The notes below the pieces were generated by a model. It was not told the origin of the DNA. It made no database searches and was given only the letters and a program-made list of their open reading frames with translations. This document shows positions 18,868 to 28,388 of a stretch of 64,000 nucleotides of DNA, in pieces. Every line of letters starts with the position of its first letter. Within the stretch, counting starts at the first letter, position 1. The DNA comes from Clostridium sp. AM49-4BH (lineage in GTDB: Bacteria; Spirochaetota; Spirochaetia; Sphaerochaetales; Sphaerochaetaceae): assembly GCA_963626925.1 (NCBI GenBank), contig CAVFZO010000151.1, forward strand, positions 1,308-65,307, given 5' to 3'. The position numbers and the translations under genes are program-made.

Positions 18868-20125
18868 TCCTGTGTCCCCCTATCTGGAGATTGCGCTCCC
18901 TTCCCGTTGCACATTCCTCGTAGTCCATTCCCTTGACGATGCTGTTTTTTCCGTAAAGGTCCTTGATACCGAGTACGGCCTGCTGTATGCGGTTCTTCTT
19001 CTCGTTCTCCCCCGTATCTTCAAAGAGGTCAAGCTGCCGCTCTGTTTTCTCGTCCTCAAGCGATGACGCCGTAAGATAGAAGCGCCTCACCGCCTTACCC
19101 GGATCGGCAATACGCGAAAATATGCTAAGATAAACCTCTCTTATGACTGCGTCCGACTGCGTCGGAAAAGAAGACGATGCGCTTGAGGCCGCCATAGTTC
19201 CCCCGTCCTTCTTTGCGTATCCTACGGCAAGTGAGAACGACGAAGCAGTCTTACATCGCCGTGTGAGCATCAGGGCAATTTCATCGGCCATCTCCTTGAG
19301 GACAATCTGAGCTTCCCTGAAGGAATAGTCACGCATCAGAACCTGCCCGGAATTCAGGCTCTCCCCCTTCGGCCTGTAGCGCTTTATATCGCCGATTGTG
19401 ACACATTCCCTACCCCATGCATGGTCTATCATGATTTCCGCATCGATTCCGAATTCGTTGTAAAGAATCTCTTCGGGAGTATGAGCAATCTGGCGCATCG
19501 TATAAAGGCCGAGCCTGTGAAGTCTTGTCTCGATCCCCCTCCCGATTCTCCAGAAATCGGAGAGAGGCGTATGGTCCCAGAGTTTCTCCTTAAAGCTTTC
19601 CTCGTCGAGAACACCGATGAAGTCGGGGGCATGCTTTGCTGTTATGTCGAGGGCGATCTTGCACAGATACATATTGCTCCCGATACCCGCAGTCGCCCTC
19701 ACCCCGACCTCGGTCTTCACCTTCTCCATCAGAAAGACGGCCATCTCCTTTGCACTCATCGAGTAGCGCTCGAGATAGTCGCTGACGTCCATGAAGACTT
19801 CGTCAATCGAATAAACGTAGATATCATCCGGTGCGATGTAGTTCAGGTAGACTCCGTAGATATCTGCCGCATAATCTATGTACTTCTGCATTCTCGGCGG
19901 TGCCATCAGATACTTTATGTGAGACGGTATCTCGAAGACCCTGCAGCGGTTTCTGACCCCCAGAGCCTTCATAGACGGCGATACGGCAAGACATATGGTC
20001 TTGTCGCTTCTCTCCGGATCCGCCACAACGAGATTCGTCGTCATGGGATCGAGGCCCCTCTCGACGCATTCGACGGAGGCGTAGAAGCTCTTGAGATCGA
20101 TGCAGATGTATGTTCTGTCCTTCAC
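18851..20125 (-). CDS. Y-family DNA polymerase (UmuC/DinB-like)
   Basis: ICIDLKSFYASVECVERGLDP and SIDEVFMDV catalytic motifs; 424 aa; apparent GTG start. Confidence 0.85.
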   Translation of the reverse strand: MKDRTYICIDLKSFYASVECVERGLDPMTTNLVVADPERSDKTICLAVSPSMKALGVRNRCRVFEIPSHIKYLMAPPRMQKYIDYAADIYGVYLNYIAPDDIYVYSIDEVFMDVSDYLERYSMSAKEMAVFLMEKVKTEVGVRATAGIGSNMYLCKIALDITAKHAPDFIGVLDEESFKEKLWDHTPLSDFWRIGRGIETRLHRLGLYTMRQIAHTPEEILYNEFGIDAEIMIDHAWGRECVTIGDIKRYRPKGESLNSGQVLMRDYSFREAQIVLKEMADEIALMLTRRCKTASSFSLAVGYAKKDGGTMAASSASSSFPTQSDAVIREVYLSIFSRIADPGKAVRRFYLTASSLEDEKTERQLDLFEDTGENEKKNRIQQAVLGIKDLYGKNSIVKGMDYEECATGRERNLQIGGHRSGKEE

Positions 20126-20149
20126 ACTCTTATCTTAGCCCGGGACCGG

Positions 20150-20195
20150 GAGAAAGAAAAAGAGCGGATCCGGATATTCTCCTTTCTCCGCTCTT
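20150..20195 (-). terminator. rho-independent terminator after the ABC exporter pair
   Basis: Minus-strand hairpin AGAGCGGA...TCCGCTCT (8-bp stem, forward 20161-20168 / 20187-20194) followed by TTTTCTTTCT. Confidence 0.7.
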
Positions 20196-20200
20196 ATATA

Positions 20201-22090
20201 TCAGCTGAGTTCGCTCTTTCCTGTATAGAGCGAGTAGTAGACGCCCTTCTGTGCGATGAGATCGTCGTGGTCTCCCCGCTCGATGATCCTTCCCTTGTCG
20301 AGGACCATGATGGCATTGCTGTTGCGCACGGTGCTGAGACGGTGTGCTATAACGAATACCGTCCTGTTCTCCATGAGCTTGTCCATGCCCGACTGCACGA
20401 GAGCTTCGGTGTGGGTGTCGATTGATGAGGTTGCCTCGTCCATGATGAGGATCGGCGGGTTACCGACTGCCGCACGTGCAATCGAAAGAAGCTGACGCTG
20501 TCCCTGAGAGAGGTTCTCGCCGTTGTTGGTGATGACAGTATCATAACCCTGAGGCATCATCATGATGAAGTCGTGGGCGTTTGCAAGCTTTGCAGCCTTC
20601 TCCACTTCCTCATCGCTGGCATCCAGTCTGCCGTAGCGGATGTTGTCCCTGATGGTTCCCGTAAAGAGTGACGTGTCCTGAAGTACCATAGCCATGCTGC
20701 GCCTCAGGTCGGCAAGCTTCATGTCCATGATGTTGATGCCGTCGATCGTTATCTCTCCCTTCTCGATGTTGTAGAAACGGTTGAGGAGGTTCGTGATCGT
20801 GGTCTTACCTGCCCCAGTATGGCCGACGAAGGCGATCTTCTGGCCCGGCTTTGCATAGAGTGTTATATCGTGGAGAACGATCTTACCGGGAACATAGGCG
20901 AAGTCTACATCCTTCATGACGACGCTTCCCTTGAACGGAATGAGCTCACCGTCCCTCTTCCATGCCCACTTGCCTGTGCTCTTCTCCACTTCATGCATAT
21001 CGCCCTCGTGCCCCGAGACTCTGACAAGCGTTACCTTTCCCTCGTCGCTCTCGCTCTTCTCATCCAGCAGCGCGAAAACACGCTCTGCTCCCGCAAGTGC
21101 CACGAGCACCGTGTTCGCCTGCTGTGATATCTGGCTGATATTGTTCGTGAACGACTTACTAAGCTGCAGGAATGCGGCAAGACCTCCGATTGTATAGACA
21201 AGGGGGTTTCTGATGACTGCCAGTGCCCCGACAAGTACGAGAACAACATACTGGAGGTGTCCGAGGTTGTTATTGAGCGGCCCCATGCTTCCGGCCCAGC
21301 TGTTTGCCGATGCCATGGAGGAGTTGAGCTTCTCGTTGAGGAGCTCGAAGCCCTTCCGGCTCTCGTCCTCGTGAGTGAAGACCTTGATGACCCTCTGACC
21401 GTTCATCATCTCCTCGATATAGCCGTTGACAGAAGCAAGGTCTTCCTGCTGCGAAGTATAGAACTTCCCGCTCTTTCCTCCGACCTTCCCCGTCACACCG
21501 AGCGTGATGAAGATGAAGACAACGACGAAAGCTGTGAGAATGAGGCTGTTTCTGCACATCGAAGTGAATACCATGACGATGGTGATCGACGCCGTCAGAA
21601 GCTGCACAAGGCCGTTGGAAATGAACTGGTTGATCGTATCGGTATCGTTGGAGAAGACGGACATGATGGTTCCTCTCGCATTCCGGTCGAAGTACGAGAG
21701 AGGAAGACTCTCGAGACGCGAGAACATCTTTGTCCTCATCTTGTAGATCGCCCCCTGTGATATCCCGACCATGATCCATGATGAGATGAACGATGTGATT
21801 ATCGAGACAAGGACAACGAGTGCGAACTTTCCAAGTGCCTTCAGAGCAGGGACAAATGAAGGATTCTCCACACCCTTGAGCGGTATTACGATGTCATCGA
21901 TATACTCACCGATGAAGGTCGCCGAATATGTCGTTGCGAGGGCTGACAGGATGATGCAGCAGAGGATGACGAGAATGAGAAGCGCCTTGCCTTCGAAGAC
22001 GAACTTCATCAGCCTCATAAAGGAACGGCCCGGATTCTTGGCTTTCGGCATTGCACGCATTGCTGCTCTTGATGGTCTTTTCTCCGCCAT
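20201..22090 (-). CDS. ABC transporter permease/ATP-binding protein (exporter half, heterodimer partner B)
   Basis: Six-TM domain plus Walker A GHTGAGKTT, signature LSQGQRQLLSIARA and Walker B ILIMDEATS. I chose the start at M31 (ATG 22090), 1 nt after the upstream stop. Confidence 0.85.
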   Translation of the reverse strand: MAEKRPSRAAMRAMPKAKNPGRSFMRLMKFVFEGKALLILVILCCIILSALATTYSATFIGEYIDDIVIPLKGVENPSFVPALKALGKFALVVLVSIITSFISSWIMVGISQGAIYKMRTKMFSRLESLPLSYFDRNARGTIMSVFSNDTDTINQFISNGLVQLLTASITIVMVFTSMCRNSLILTAFVVVFIFITLGVTGKVGGKSGKFYTSQQEDLASVNGYIEEMMNGQRVIKVFTHEDESRKGFELLNEKLNSSMASANSWAGSMGPLNNNLGHLQYVVLVLVGALAVIRNPLVYTIGGLAAFLQLSKSFTNNISQISQQANTVLVALAGAERVFALLDEKSESDEGKVTLVRVSGHEGDMHEVEKSTGKWAWKRDGELIPFKGSVVMKDVDFAYVPGKIVLHDITLYAKPGQKIAFVGHTGAGKTTITNLLNRFYNIEKGEITIDGINIMDMKLADLRRSMAMVLQDTSLFTGTIRDNIRYGRLDASDEEVEKAAKLANAHDFIMMMPQGYDTVITNNGENLSQGQRQLLSIARAAVGNPPILIMDEATSSIDTHTEALVQSGMDKLMENRTVFVIAHRLSTVRNSNAIMVLDKGRIIERGDHDDLIAQKGVYYSLYTGKSELS

Positions 22091-22091
22091 A

Positions 22092-23822
22092 TTATGCCTC
22101 CTTCCTTGTCTGTGTCTCATACAGTTTTCTGTAGCCCGCATTACGAGCGAGAAGCTCTTCGTGCGTTCCGATATCTTCAATCATTCCGTTGTTCATTATG
22201 ATGATCTTGTCGGCATCCTCGATTGAGGAAACACGCTGCGAGATGATTATCTTCGTCATGCCCGAGACCTCGCTGTGCAGCGCCTCCCTGATTGCCCTGT
22301 CGGTCGCAGTGTCGACAGCCGATGTCGAGTCGTCCATGATGAGGATCTTCGGCTTCTTGAGGAGAGCACGCGCGATGCAGAGTCTCTGTCTCTGGCCTCC
22401 GGAGAAGTTGGTTCCGCCCTGTTCGACAACAGAATCGAAGCCCTTCTCCTTCTCCATGATGAAGGAATAGGCACATGCCACCTTCGCAGCCTTCTCCATC
22501 TCCTCCTCCGTGGCATTCCTGTCACCCCATTCGAGGTTGCTCCTGATAGTGCCGGAGAAGAGTGTGTTCTTCTGCAGTACGACGGATACACTGTCTCTGA
22601 GAGCCTTGAGGTTGTAATCCCTGACATCCCTTCCGCCGACCATGACCGCACCCTTCGTTGTGTCGTAGAGACGGGCGATGAGAGAGACAAGCGTCGTCTT
22701 TCCGCTTCCGGTCATTCCGAGCACACCAACCATCTCACCGCTCTTTATCTCGAGATTGACGTCCTTGAGTACGGACGAACCCTCCTTGTAGCCGAAGGAT
22801 ACATGATCGAATACGACAGAGCCGTCAGAAACTTCCTTCACTCCGTTCTCGTTGCTGTCCATCGTGGGCTGGTATTGAAGCACCTCGCTCACTCTCTCCA
22901 TGCTCGGCTTGCTCATCGAGTACATTATGATGATCATGCCCGTCATCATGAGAGACGAGAGAATCTGGGTCGAATATGTGAAGATGCTCATCAGCGCCCC
23001 TGTGTCCATAGTGCCTCTGTTGACGAGTTTTGCACCGAAATAGGAGATTGCTATCATACAGCCGTAGGATACGAACATGACAAGCGGGTTCATGAGAGCC
23101 ATCATCTGCTCCGCCTTCTTGAAGTTGTCGCGGATGTAGGCAGCACTCTCATCGAACTTCTCCTCCTCCCTCTTCTCTCTTACGAAGGCCTTTACCGTCC
23201 TTATGCCGGAGAGGTTCTCTCCGACAACCTGGTTGAAGCGGTCGAAGCCTTTGAAGGCCCTGGTGAAATAGCCGTGGGTCTTGTGTGTCATGATCCATAC
23301 ACCTGCAGCCATGACCGGGATGACCACGACGAAGATAAGAGAGAGCGTCCCTCCGTTTCTGAGGCACATTACAGCTGCGAAGATGAGCATCATAGGGGAA
23401 CGTACGAACATCCTGATGGACATGCTGAAGAGCATCTGGATACGCTGCACGTCTGTTGTGAGACGTGTAATGAGACTCGACGGGCTGAAGCGGTCGATAT
23501 CGGAGAACGAGAGCTCCTGAACCTTGTCGTAGAGGTCGTGTCTCAGGTTTGTCGCAAAACCCGAAGCCGCAACGGAGCCGAAACGGGCTCCCAGTACTCC
23601 GAATGTCAGCGACAAAAGCGCCGAAAGGACGAGAAGAGATGAGAGGACGAGAATCGTCCTCATGTCCATATTGGCGATGCCGACGTCGATGATCTGAGCC
23701 ATTATGGCGGGGATAAGCACTTCCATAAGTACTTCCAGCACCATGAAGACAGGAGTAATCAGAGCCTTCTTCTTATATTCCCTGACACGTGAAAAAAGTT
23801 CTTTAATCAATTTTGAAAACAC
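22092..23822 (-). CDS. ABC transporter permease/ATP-binding protein (exporter half, heterodimer partner A)
   Basis: TM domain plus GMTGSGKTT, FSGGQRQRLCIARA and ILIMDDSTS. There is no N-terminal C39 peptidase domain. Confidence 0.85.
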   Translation of the reverse strand: MFSKLIKELFSRVREYKKKALITPVFMVLEVLMEVLIPAIMAQIIDVGIANMDMRTILVLSSLLVLSALLSLTFGVLGARFGSVAASGFATNLRHDLYDKVQELSFSDIDRFSPSSLITRLTTDVQRIQMLFSMSIRMFVRSPMMLIFAAVMCLRNGGTLSLIFVVVIPVMAAGVWIMTHKTHGYFTRAFKGFDRFNQVVGENLSGIRTVKAFVREKREEEKFDESAAYIRDNFKKAEQMMALMNPLVMFVSYGCMIAISYFGAKLVNRGTMDTGALMSIFTYSTQILSSLMMTGMIIIMYSMSKPSMERVSEVLQYQPTMDSNENGVKEVSDGSVVFDHVSFGYKEGSSVLKDVNLEIKSGEMVGVLGMTGSGKTTLVSLIARLYDTTKGAVMVGGRDVRDYNLKALRDSVSVVLQKNTLFSGTIRSNLEWGDRNATEEEMEKAAKVACAYSFIMEKEKGFDSVVEQGGTNFSGGQRQRLCIARALLKKPKILIMDDSTSAVDTATDRAIREALHSEVSGMTKIIISQRVSSIEDADKIIIMNNGMIEDIGTHEELLARNAGYRKLYETQTRKEA

Positions 23823-23904
23823 TCCGGTTTTATCAAGTGAGATCGATAAGAAAAATTATCGAAACAATATTTTAAATAATTAAATCGCAAGGATAAGTCA
23901 ACCT

Positions 23905-23945
23905 GAAAAAAAGACAAAAAGGGTCCCCTGACAAAGAGGAGACCC
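23905..23945 (-). terminator. rho-independent terminator after the P-II-like gene
   Basis: Minus-strand 9-bp stem GGGTCTCCT/AGGGGACCC (one G-U pair) with a 7-nt loop, followed by TTTTTGTCTTTTTTT. Confidence 0.8.
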
Positions 23946-23967
23946 AACTTCACATAAACTACTTATT

Positions 23968-24555
23968 TCAGCCGATTGTGCTGAAGTGAGATACAGGAAG
24001 ACTGAATATGACGGCCTTTCCCTTCTGCTTGAGGAACGGAAGACTGTCTATGGCCTTGATAATCCTCTCGGCCTTGCTCTTCTCTTCGACGATTACAAGA
24101 ACCTCCTTCTCTGCAGTGATGGGGTAACCGAAGAATCTGGTGTCGTCTTCCTTCGCCGTACCGTGACCCTTGATGACGGTACCTCCCTTCGCACCTTCCC
24201 TGCGTGCGGCATCCATTATGTCGTCGGCATAACCGTTCTCACATATAACCTGAATCATTACGAGATCTTCTTTCATATCATTTTCTCCTTTTTCTCCGAG
24301 AAGGGCGACAACGCCCTTGCACCTGACACCTCCCAGACTCTCAATACATCCCTTTTCTATCGACTCGTTCAGCATCGACAGGAGGATCTCCTTCTTGCTG
24401 TCTCCCAGACCGAGCATCGAAAGTATCGAAGTCGGGGCCGTACCGTGTGCATTGAGTATGGTGCCTCCCCAGGCTCCCTTTAGACGTATGGCGTCCATCA
24501 CCTTCGAGGCATCACCCTTGTTCACGATTGCGAAAAGCATCTTCCCTTTAATCAT
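23968..24555 (-). CDS. fused tandem P-II-like signal-transduction protein
   Basis: Two internal repeats: MLFAIVNKGDASKVMDAIRLKGAWGGTILNAHGTA and LVMIQVICENGYADDIMDAARREGAKGGTVIKGHGTA. It overlaps the upstream membrane gene by 8 nt. Confidence 0.55.
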   Translation of the reverse strand: MIKGKMLFAIVNKGDASKVMDAIRLKGAWGGTILNAHGTAPTSILSMLGLGDSKKEILLSMLNESIEKGCIESLGGVRCKGVVALLGEKGENDMKEDLVMIQVICENGYADDIMDAARREGAKGGTVIKGHGTAKEDDTRFFGYPITAEKEVLVIVEEKSKAERIIKAIDSLPFLKQKGKAVIFSLPVSHFSTIG

Positions 24556-26005
24556 TTTTTTCCTCCACGTTTTTCTGTCCCTTCTTTACCTTGAGCGAGA
24601 ATACGAGACCGAGTATCTCGATGGCGAGGATAGGCATCATAGCAATGAGCCCGATCATGCCGAACGCCATGCTCGACGGATCCTCGGCAAGAACCGCTGC
24701 CGCACCGGAAACGAACGGCAGAAGGAAAGTCGAGGACATCGGGCCTGTGGCGACGCCGCCGGAGTCGAAGCCGATTCCCACAAAGAGAGCCGGGACGAAG
24801 GGCAGGAGAGCGACAATCACGGCATAACCGGGGAGCAGGAAGTACCATATCGATGTTCCGTTGATAACCCTGATCATGCTGAGCATCACGGCGCATGCAA
24901 CTCCTATGGCGATGAACGAGAGAAGCAGAAAGCGCTTGATCTTGCCTTCACTGACCTCTTCAACCTGCTCCGTGAGAACCCAGATTGCAGGCTCTGCAAG
25001 AACGACGCAGGCACCGAGGACGAGGCCGATCGGAATAAGAGAGCCCGGAGCGAGGGTGGCTATCGTGCGTCCGAGAGTTCTTGCTATATCCATGAATGTC
25101 GATTCTACGGCAAAGAGGAAGAGGGTGATCCCGACATAGGAGTAGAGAATACCCATGTACATTCTCGTCGCCCTGATTCTCGGAAGCTTCATGAAGAAGA
25201 TCTGGACGAGAACGCAGATTATGACAAGCGGAAGAAGCGATTTCGTGACGGAGAGCAGAACCTCTCCGAACATCTCGAGCATTCCTCCCGAGACAGTCTC
25301 TTCAGTTACGATGTTCCCTCCTGAAGTGCCCATGAAAGCACCGAATATGAGAATTGCGAGAACAGGTCCGATAGATGCGATTCCCGTGTATCCGAATGAA
25401 TCCTCCTCATGGTGTCCGTGTACCGATGCCACACCCATACCGAGAGCCATGATGAACGGAACTGCCATCGGCCCGGTAGTTGCGCCGCCGGAATCGAAGC
25501 CGACGGAGACGAAGAATTCCGGAACAAACGACGCCGCAAGGAACATCAGTGCGACACCGATTGCCATCGTGATCTTGAGCGAGAAGCGTGTAAGCGCCCT
25601 GACATAGCTTATAGCCATGAATATTCCGACTCCGATTGCGATGATGAAAACAAGAAGCGATGAACTGAGCCCGCTCTTCATCGATGCGACCTGGTCCGCA
25701 AGGACCTTCACATCGGGTTCTGCGAGGGTTATAAGAATACCGAGTCCTATTCCCGAGAATACCAGGAGCGGCACATTCCTCTTCTGTGTTATCATGGCTC
25801 CGAGATGGTTGCCCACCGGAAGGAAACCGACGTTGACACCGAGAAGAAAGAGTGTCAGTCCGAGTACTACAAGAAGAGCAGAGAACAGGAAGAGGGCGAA
25901 TGAAGGAAGAGTGAAGATGCCGAATATCCAGCCGAGGACCGATGCTATGACTACAATCGGCAGGACGGATGCGGCGACTTCCTTCAGCTGTTTGCCAAAA
26001 CCCAT
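24548..26005 (-). CDS. DUF1538-like polytopic membrane protein (internally duplicated)
   Basis: 485 aa and highly hydrophobic. The repeated motif GFDSGGATTGPMAVPF / GFDSGGVATGPMSSTF marks two homologous halves. Pairing with P-II-like genes is what I recall for DUF1538. Confidence 0.55.
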   Translation of the reverse strand: MGFGKQLKEVAASVLPIVVIASVLGWIFGIFTLPSFALFLFSALLVVLGLTLFLLGVNVGFLPVGNHLGAMITQKRNVPLLVFSGIGLGILITLAEPDVKVLADQVASMKSGLSSSLLVFIIAIGVGIFMAISYVRALTRFSLKITMAIGVALMFLAASFVPEFFVSVGFDSGGATTGPMAVPFIMALGMGVASVHGHHEEDSFGYTGIASIGPVLAILIFGAFMGTSGGNIVTEETVSGGMLEMFGEVLLSVTKSLLPLVIICVLVQIFFMKLPRIRATRMYMGILYSYVGITLFLFAVESTFMDIARTLGRTIATLAPGSLIPIGLVLGACVVLAEPAIWVLTEQVEEVSEGKIKRFLLLSFIAIGVACAVMLSMIRVINGTSIWYFLLPGYAVIVALLPFVPALFVGIGFDSGGVATGPMSSTFLLPFVSGAAAVLAEDPSSMAFGMIGLIAMMPILAIEILGLVFSLKVKKGQKNVEEKND

Positions 26006-26202
26006 GACTACCTCCCTTAAAAAGTGTTCGATTTTATTTTCTATAACAGAAAATATAATAAAGGAATGTCGGAAGGGGCAACATTTTGGAGACTCTTTTT
26101 TCTTCCCGGCACATGCATTTTCGACACTTTATCTGAAGATGACGGATAAGTGCCGTATAAAAGAGGAGGAAAATCGTATTTGAAAAACGGACCAACTCTA
26201 TG

Positions 26203-26214
26203 TAAACTAGTTTA
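26203..26214. promoter_or_regulatory. candidate LacI-family operator (12-bp perfect palindrome)
   Basis: TAAACTAGTTTA within TGTAAACTAGTTTAGG, 15 nt upstream of the LacI-family start, in the divergent region shared with the DUF1538 operon. Confidence 0.4.
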
Positions 26215-26228
26215 GGCTGGTTCGACAG

Positions 26229-27260
26229 ATGAGCGATAAAAGAATAACAATAGCAGATATAGCAAAGAAGAGCGGTTACTCCAAGACAGCCGTCTCGTTT
26301 GCATTCAACAACCCGGAGAGAATAAGCGGTGAGGCCGTGAAGAGAATACTGAAGGTCGCCAAAGAGCTCGATTACATCCCGGACCCCATGGCGAGGAACT
26401 TCTCGCTCGGAAAGCACTTCTCCCTCGGTTTTCTCCTTCCCCAGGCCTTCGACGCGACACTCGACAACCCCCACGTCGTCGACGTTCTGAGGGGCATCGG
26501 AACGGTGTGCGAGAAGAACGGATATACATTCACCCTGATTCCGCCGCTCCACTCATCGATCGCCGAGGCCATCAAGAGTGCAACTGTCGACGGCATCATA
26601 GGAATGGGACTCGATTTCGGAGGAGGCGTCAGGGAGGCCCTGAAGAAGCGGAAGCTCCCTCTCGTGAGGCTCGACGCCATAGACAACGAGGCAGGCTACA
26701 GCGTCTCCATAGACAATACCGACGCCGCATACACCCAGATGACGGAGGTCCTGAAGCGGGGACACAGAGATATAGCAGTCGTGACTCTTCTCGGCGCCGC
26801 CTACATAGAGACCACCGACACCATACCTCCGGGAGTCGCGAACTTCCGCAGCATAGGCTACAGAAAGGCCCTCAATGAATACCGCATCACACAGCCGGTG
26901 GGACAGTATCCGGAGAGCACGACGGTACAGGGGGGAAGAAATGCATGTCAGAAGATTCTCGAAAACGGACTTCCGTCTGCTGTAGTTGCAATGTCCGATA
27001 TACAGGCGATAGGCGTGATCGAAGAGCTCCAGGAGAGGGGATTGAAGGTGCCCGGGGATGTCTCCGTCGTAGGATTCGACGGAACATACCGCAGCAGCTA
27101 CTTCGGCCACAGACTCACAACAATCGACCAGCAGGGATACCTCAAGGGACTGACGGCCGCGGAGATGCTCTTTTCAATCATCAACGGCACCCAGAACGGG
27201 GAGAAGAACGTCCTCATCCCCTACTCCTTCTATGAGGGTGAAACACTGAAAAGCATTTGA
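26229..27260 (+). CDS. LacI family transcriptional regulator
   Basis: N-terminal HTH ITIADIAKKSGYSKTAVSFAFN plus a periplasmic-binding-protein-like effector domain; 343 aa. Confidence 0.85.
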   Translation: MSDKRITIADIAKKSGYSKTAVSFAFNNPERISGEAVKRILKVAKELDYIPDPMARNFSLGKHFSLGFLLPQAFDATLDNPHVVDVLRGIGTVCEKNGYTFTLIPPLHSSIAEAIKSATVDGIIGMGLDFGGGVREALKKRKLPLVRLDAIDNEAGYSVSIDNTDAAYTQMTEVLKRGHRDIAVVTLLGAAYIETTDTIPPGVANFRSIGYRKALNEYRITQPVGQYPESTTVQGGRNACQKILENGLPSAVVAMSDIQAIGVIEELQERGLKVPGDVSVVGFDGTYRSSYFGHRLTTIDQQGYLKGLTAAEMLFSIINGTQNGEKNVLIPYSFYEGETLKSI

Positions 27261-27269
27261 GAAGAGGGA

Positions 27270-28013
27270 TCAGTATCCCCTGCGCCGCATGAATCTGCCA
27301 AGAACTGCAAGACACATATCCGGAGAGTTCGTTATGCATCCCTTCACATTCCACTCCATGAGCTTTCTCAGATCCTCCTCGCTGTTTACAGTCCACGCGT
27401 TTATCCCGATGCCGAGCTCTTTCGCCTCTCTGACCATCTCGTCGTCGATGCAGTTATAGTCGGGATGGAGAAACTCCATTCCCGCACTCTTTGCCAGAAA
27501 TGCAATATGACGCGCATTCATATTCGACTCGAATAAGAGTCCGCAGGGAACAGACGGCAGAAGCTTCTTCATTATGACAAGGCTCAGCCAGTTGAAGGAC
27601 GAGAATATGATTCTGTCCTCGATCCTGTATTTTCTGATAATCCCGGCAACCTTCTCTTCAAGCCCCGGGTAATAGACGACGCCGCTCTTGAGTTCGACGT
27701 CCGCCCTTGTGCCGCTCTCCCTGACGAAGGCGCAGAACTCGTCAAAGGACGGAATGGTGGTGTTGTATCTCCCGCCCAGGGTCTTCGACGCGACTGTGTG
27801 AGTCAGCTCGTCGAGCGTGCACTCTCCCACCATTTTTTCAACGCCGCATGTCCGGAAGAGGCTTTCGTCGTGGATTACTACGGGACAGCCGTCCGACGAG
27901 AGATGTACATCCATCTCGATTCCGTCGGCTCCGCTCTCGACGGCTCTCTCGAATGCCAGCATCGTATTCTCGGGGTAGATACTCGAAAAACCCCTGTGTG
28001 CCCAAACGTCCAT
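27270..28013 (-). CDS. glycerophosphodiester phosphodiesterase
   Basis: AHRGFSSIYPENT and IEMDVHLSSDGCPVVIHD motifs. I chose the start at M67 (MDVWAHRG); the longer 313-aa ORF extension has no family support. Confidence 0.8.
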   Translation of the reverse strand: MDVWAHRGFSSIYPENTMLAFERAVESGADGIEMDVHLSSDGCPVVIHDESLFRTCGVEKMVGECTLDELTHTVASKTLGGRYNTTIPSFDEFCAFVRESGTRADVELKSGVVYYPGLEEKVAGIIRKYRIEDRIIFSSFNWLSLVIMKKLLPSVPCGLLFESNMNARHIAFLAKSAGMEFLHPDYNCIDDEMVREAKELGIGINAWTVNSEEDLRKLMEWNVKGCITNSPDMCLAVLGRFMRRRGY

Positions 28014-28388
28014 ATTCTGCCTACCTTTCCGGCTATGATAGCTCAAAAGAAGAAACAAGTCAGCGGAGGAAGGGAGGGAAAAATGGTAAGAATCACTTAC
28101 TATAATATCGGAATTTTCAAACTTTTGGCCAAAAAAAAGTTCAGATGTCACGCGACATACTTCCATCGATGAGTTCATGCGTAAATATCCCTCCCGGGTA
28201 GTCTCCCCCATGATATTTTCGCAGAAGGATTACTCGAGAAACGGCCGCATCCCGGCCTATCCGTACTCACTCATGTCCTTTGCAATCGCTGATGACACGG
28301 CTCAGTGATGACAAAAAAGTCAAAAGCTTATATCAATTGCGTCTGAAGTCTTGAAAGAGAGAGGCATTATGACTATTTTCGTCTTGTT

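Noticed and set aside
19421-20425. 334-aa plus-strand ORF spanning the polymerase 5' end, a terminator and the ABC gene 3' end
   Set aside because: It is antisense to two well-supported genes and crosses an intergenic terminator. This is the typical long antisense frame seen in GC-moderate DNA.
22275-23642. 455-aa plus-strand ORF antisense to the ABC exporter gene
   Set aside because: The opposite strand encodes a complete ABC half-transporter with Walker A/B and signature motifs. The antisense translation is His/Arg/Asp-rich with no motifs.
20201-23822. ABC exporter pair as the dedicated exporter/leader peptidase for the Nif11-type precursors
   Set aside because: Both proteins begin directly with TM segments and lack an N-terminal C39 peptidase domain. 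They are ~40 kb away in core-like sequence and look like a generic heterodimeric multidrug/lipid exporter.
24317-25324. 335-aa plus-strand ORF antisense to the P-II-like and DUF1538-like genes
   Set aside because: Same reasoning: a shadow frame across two coupled minus-strand genes.
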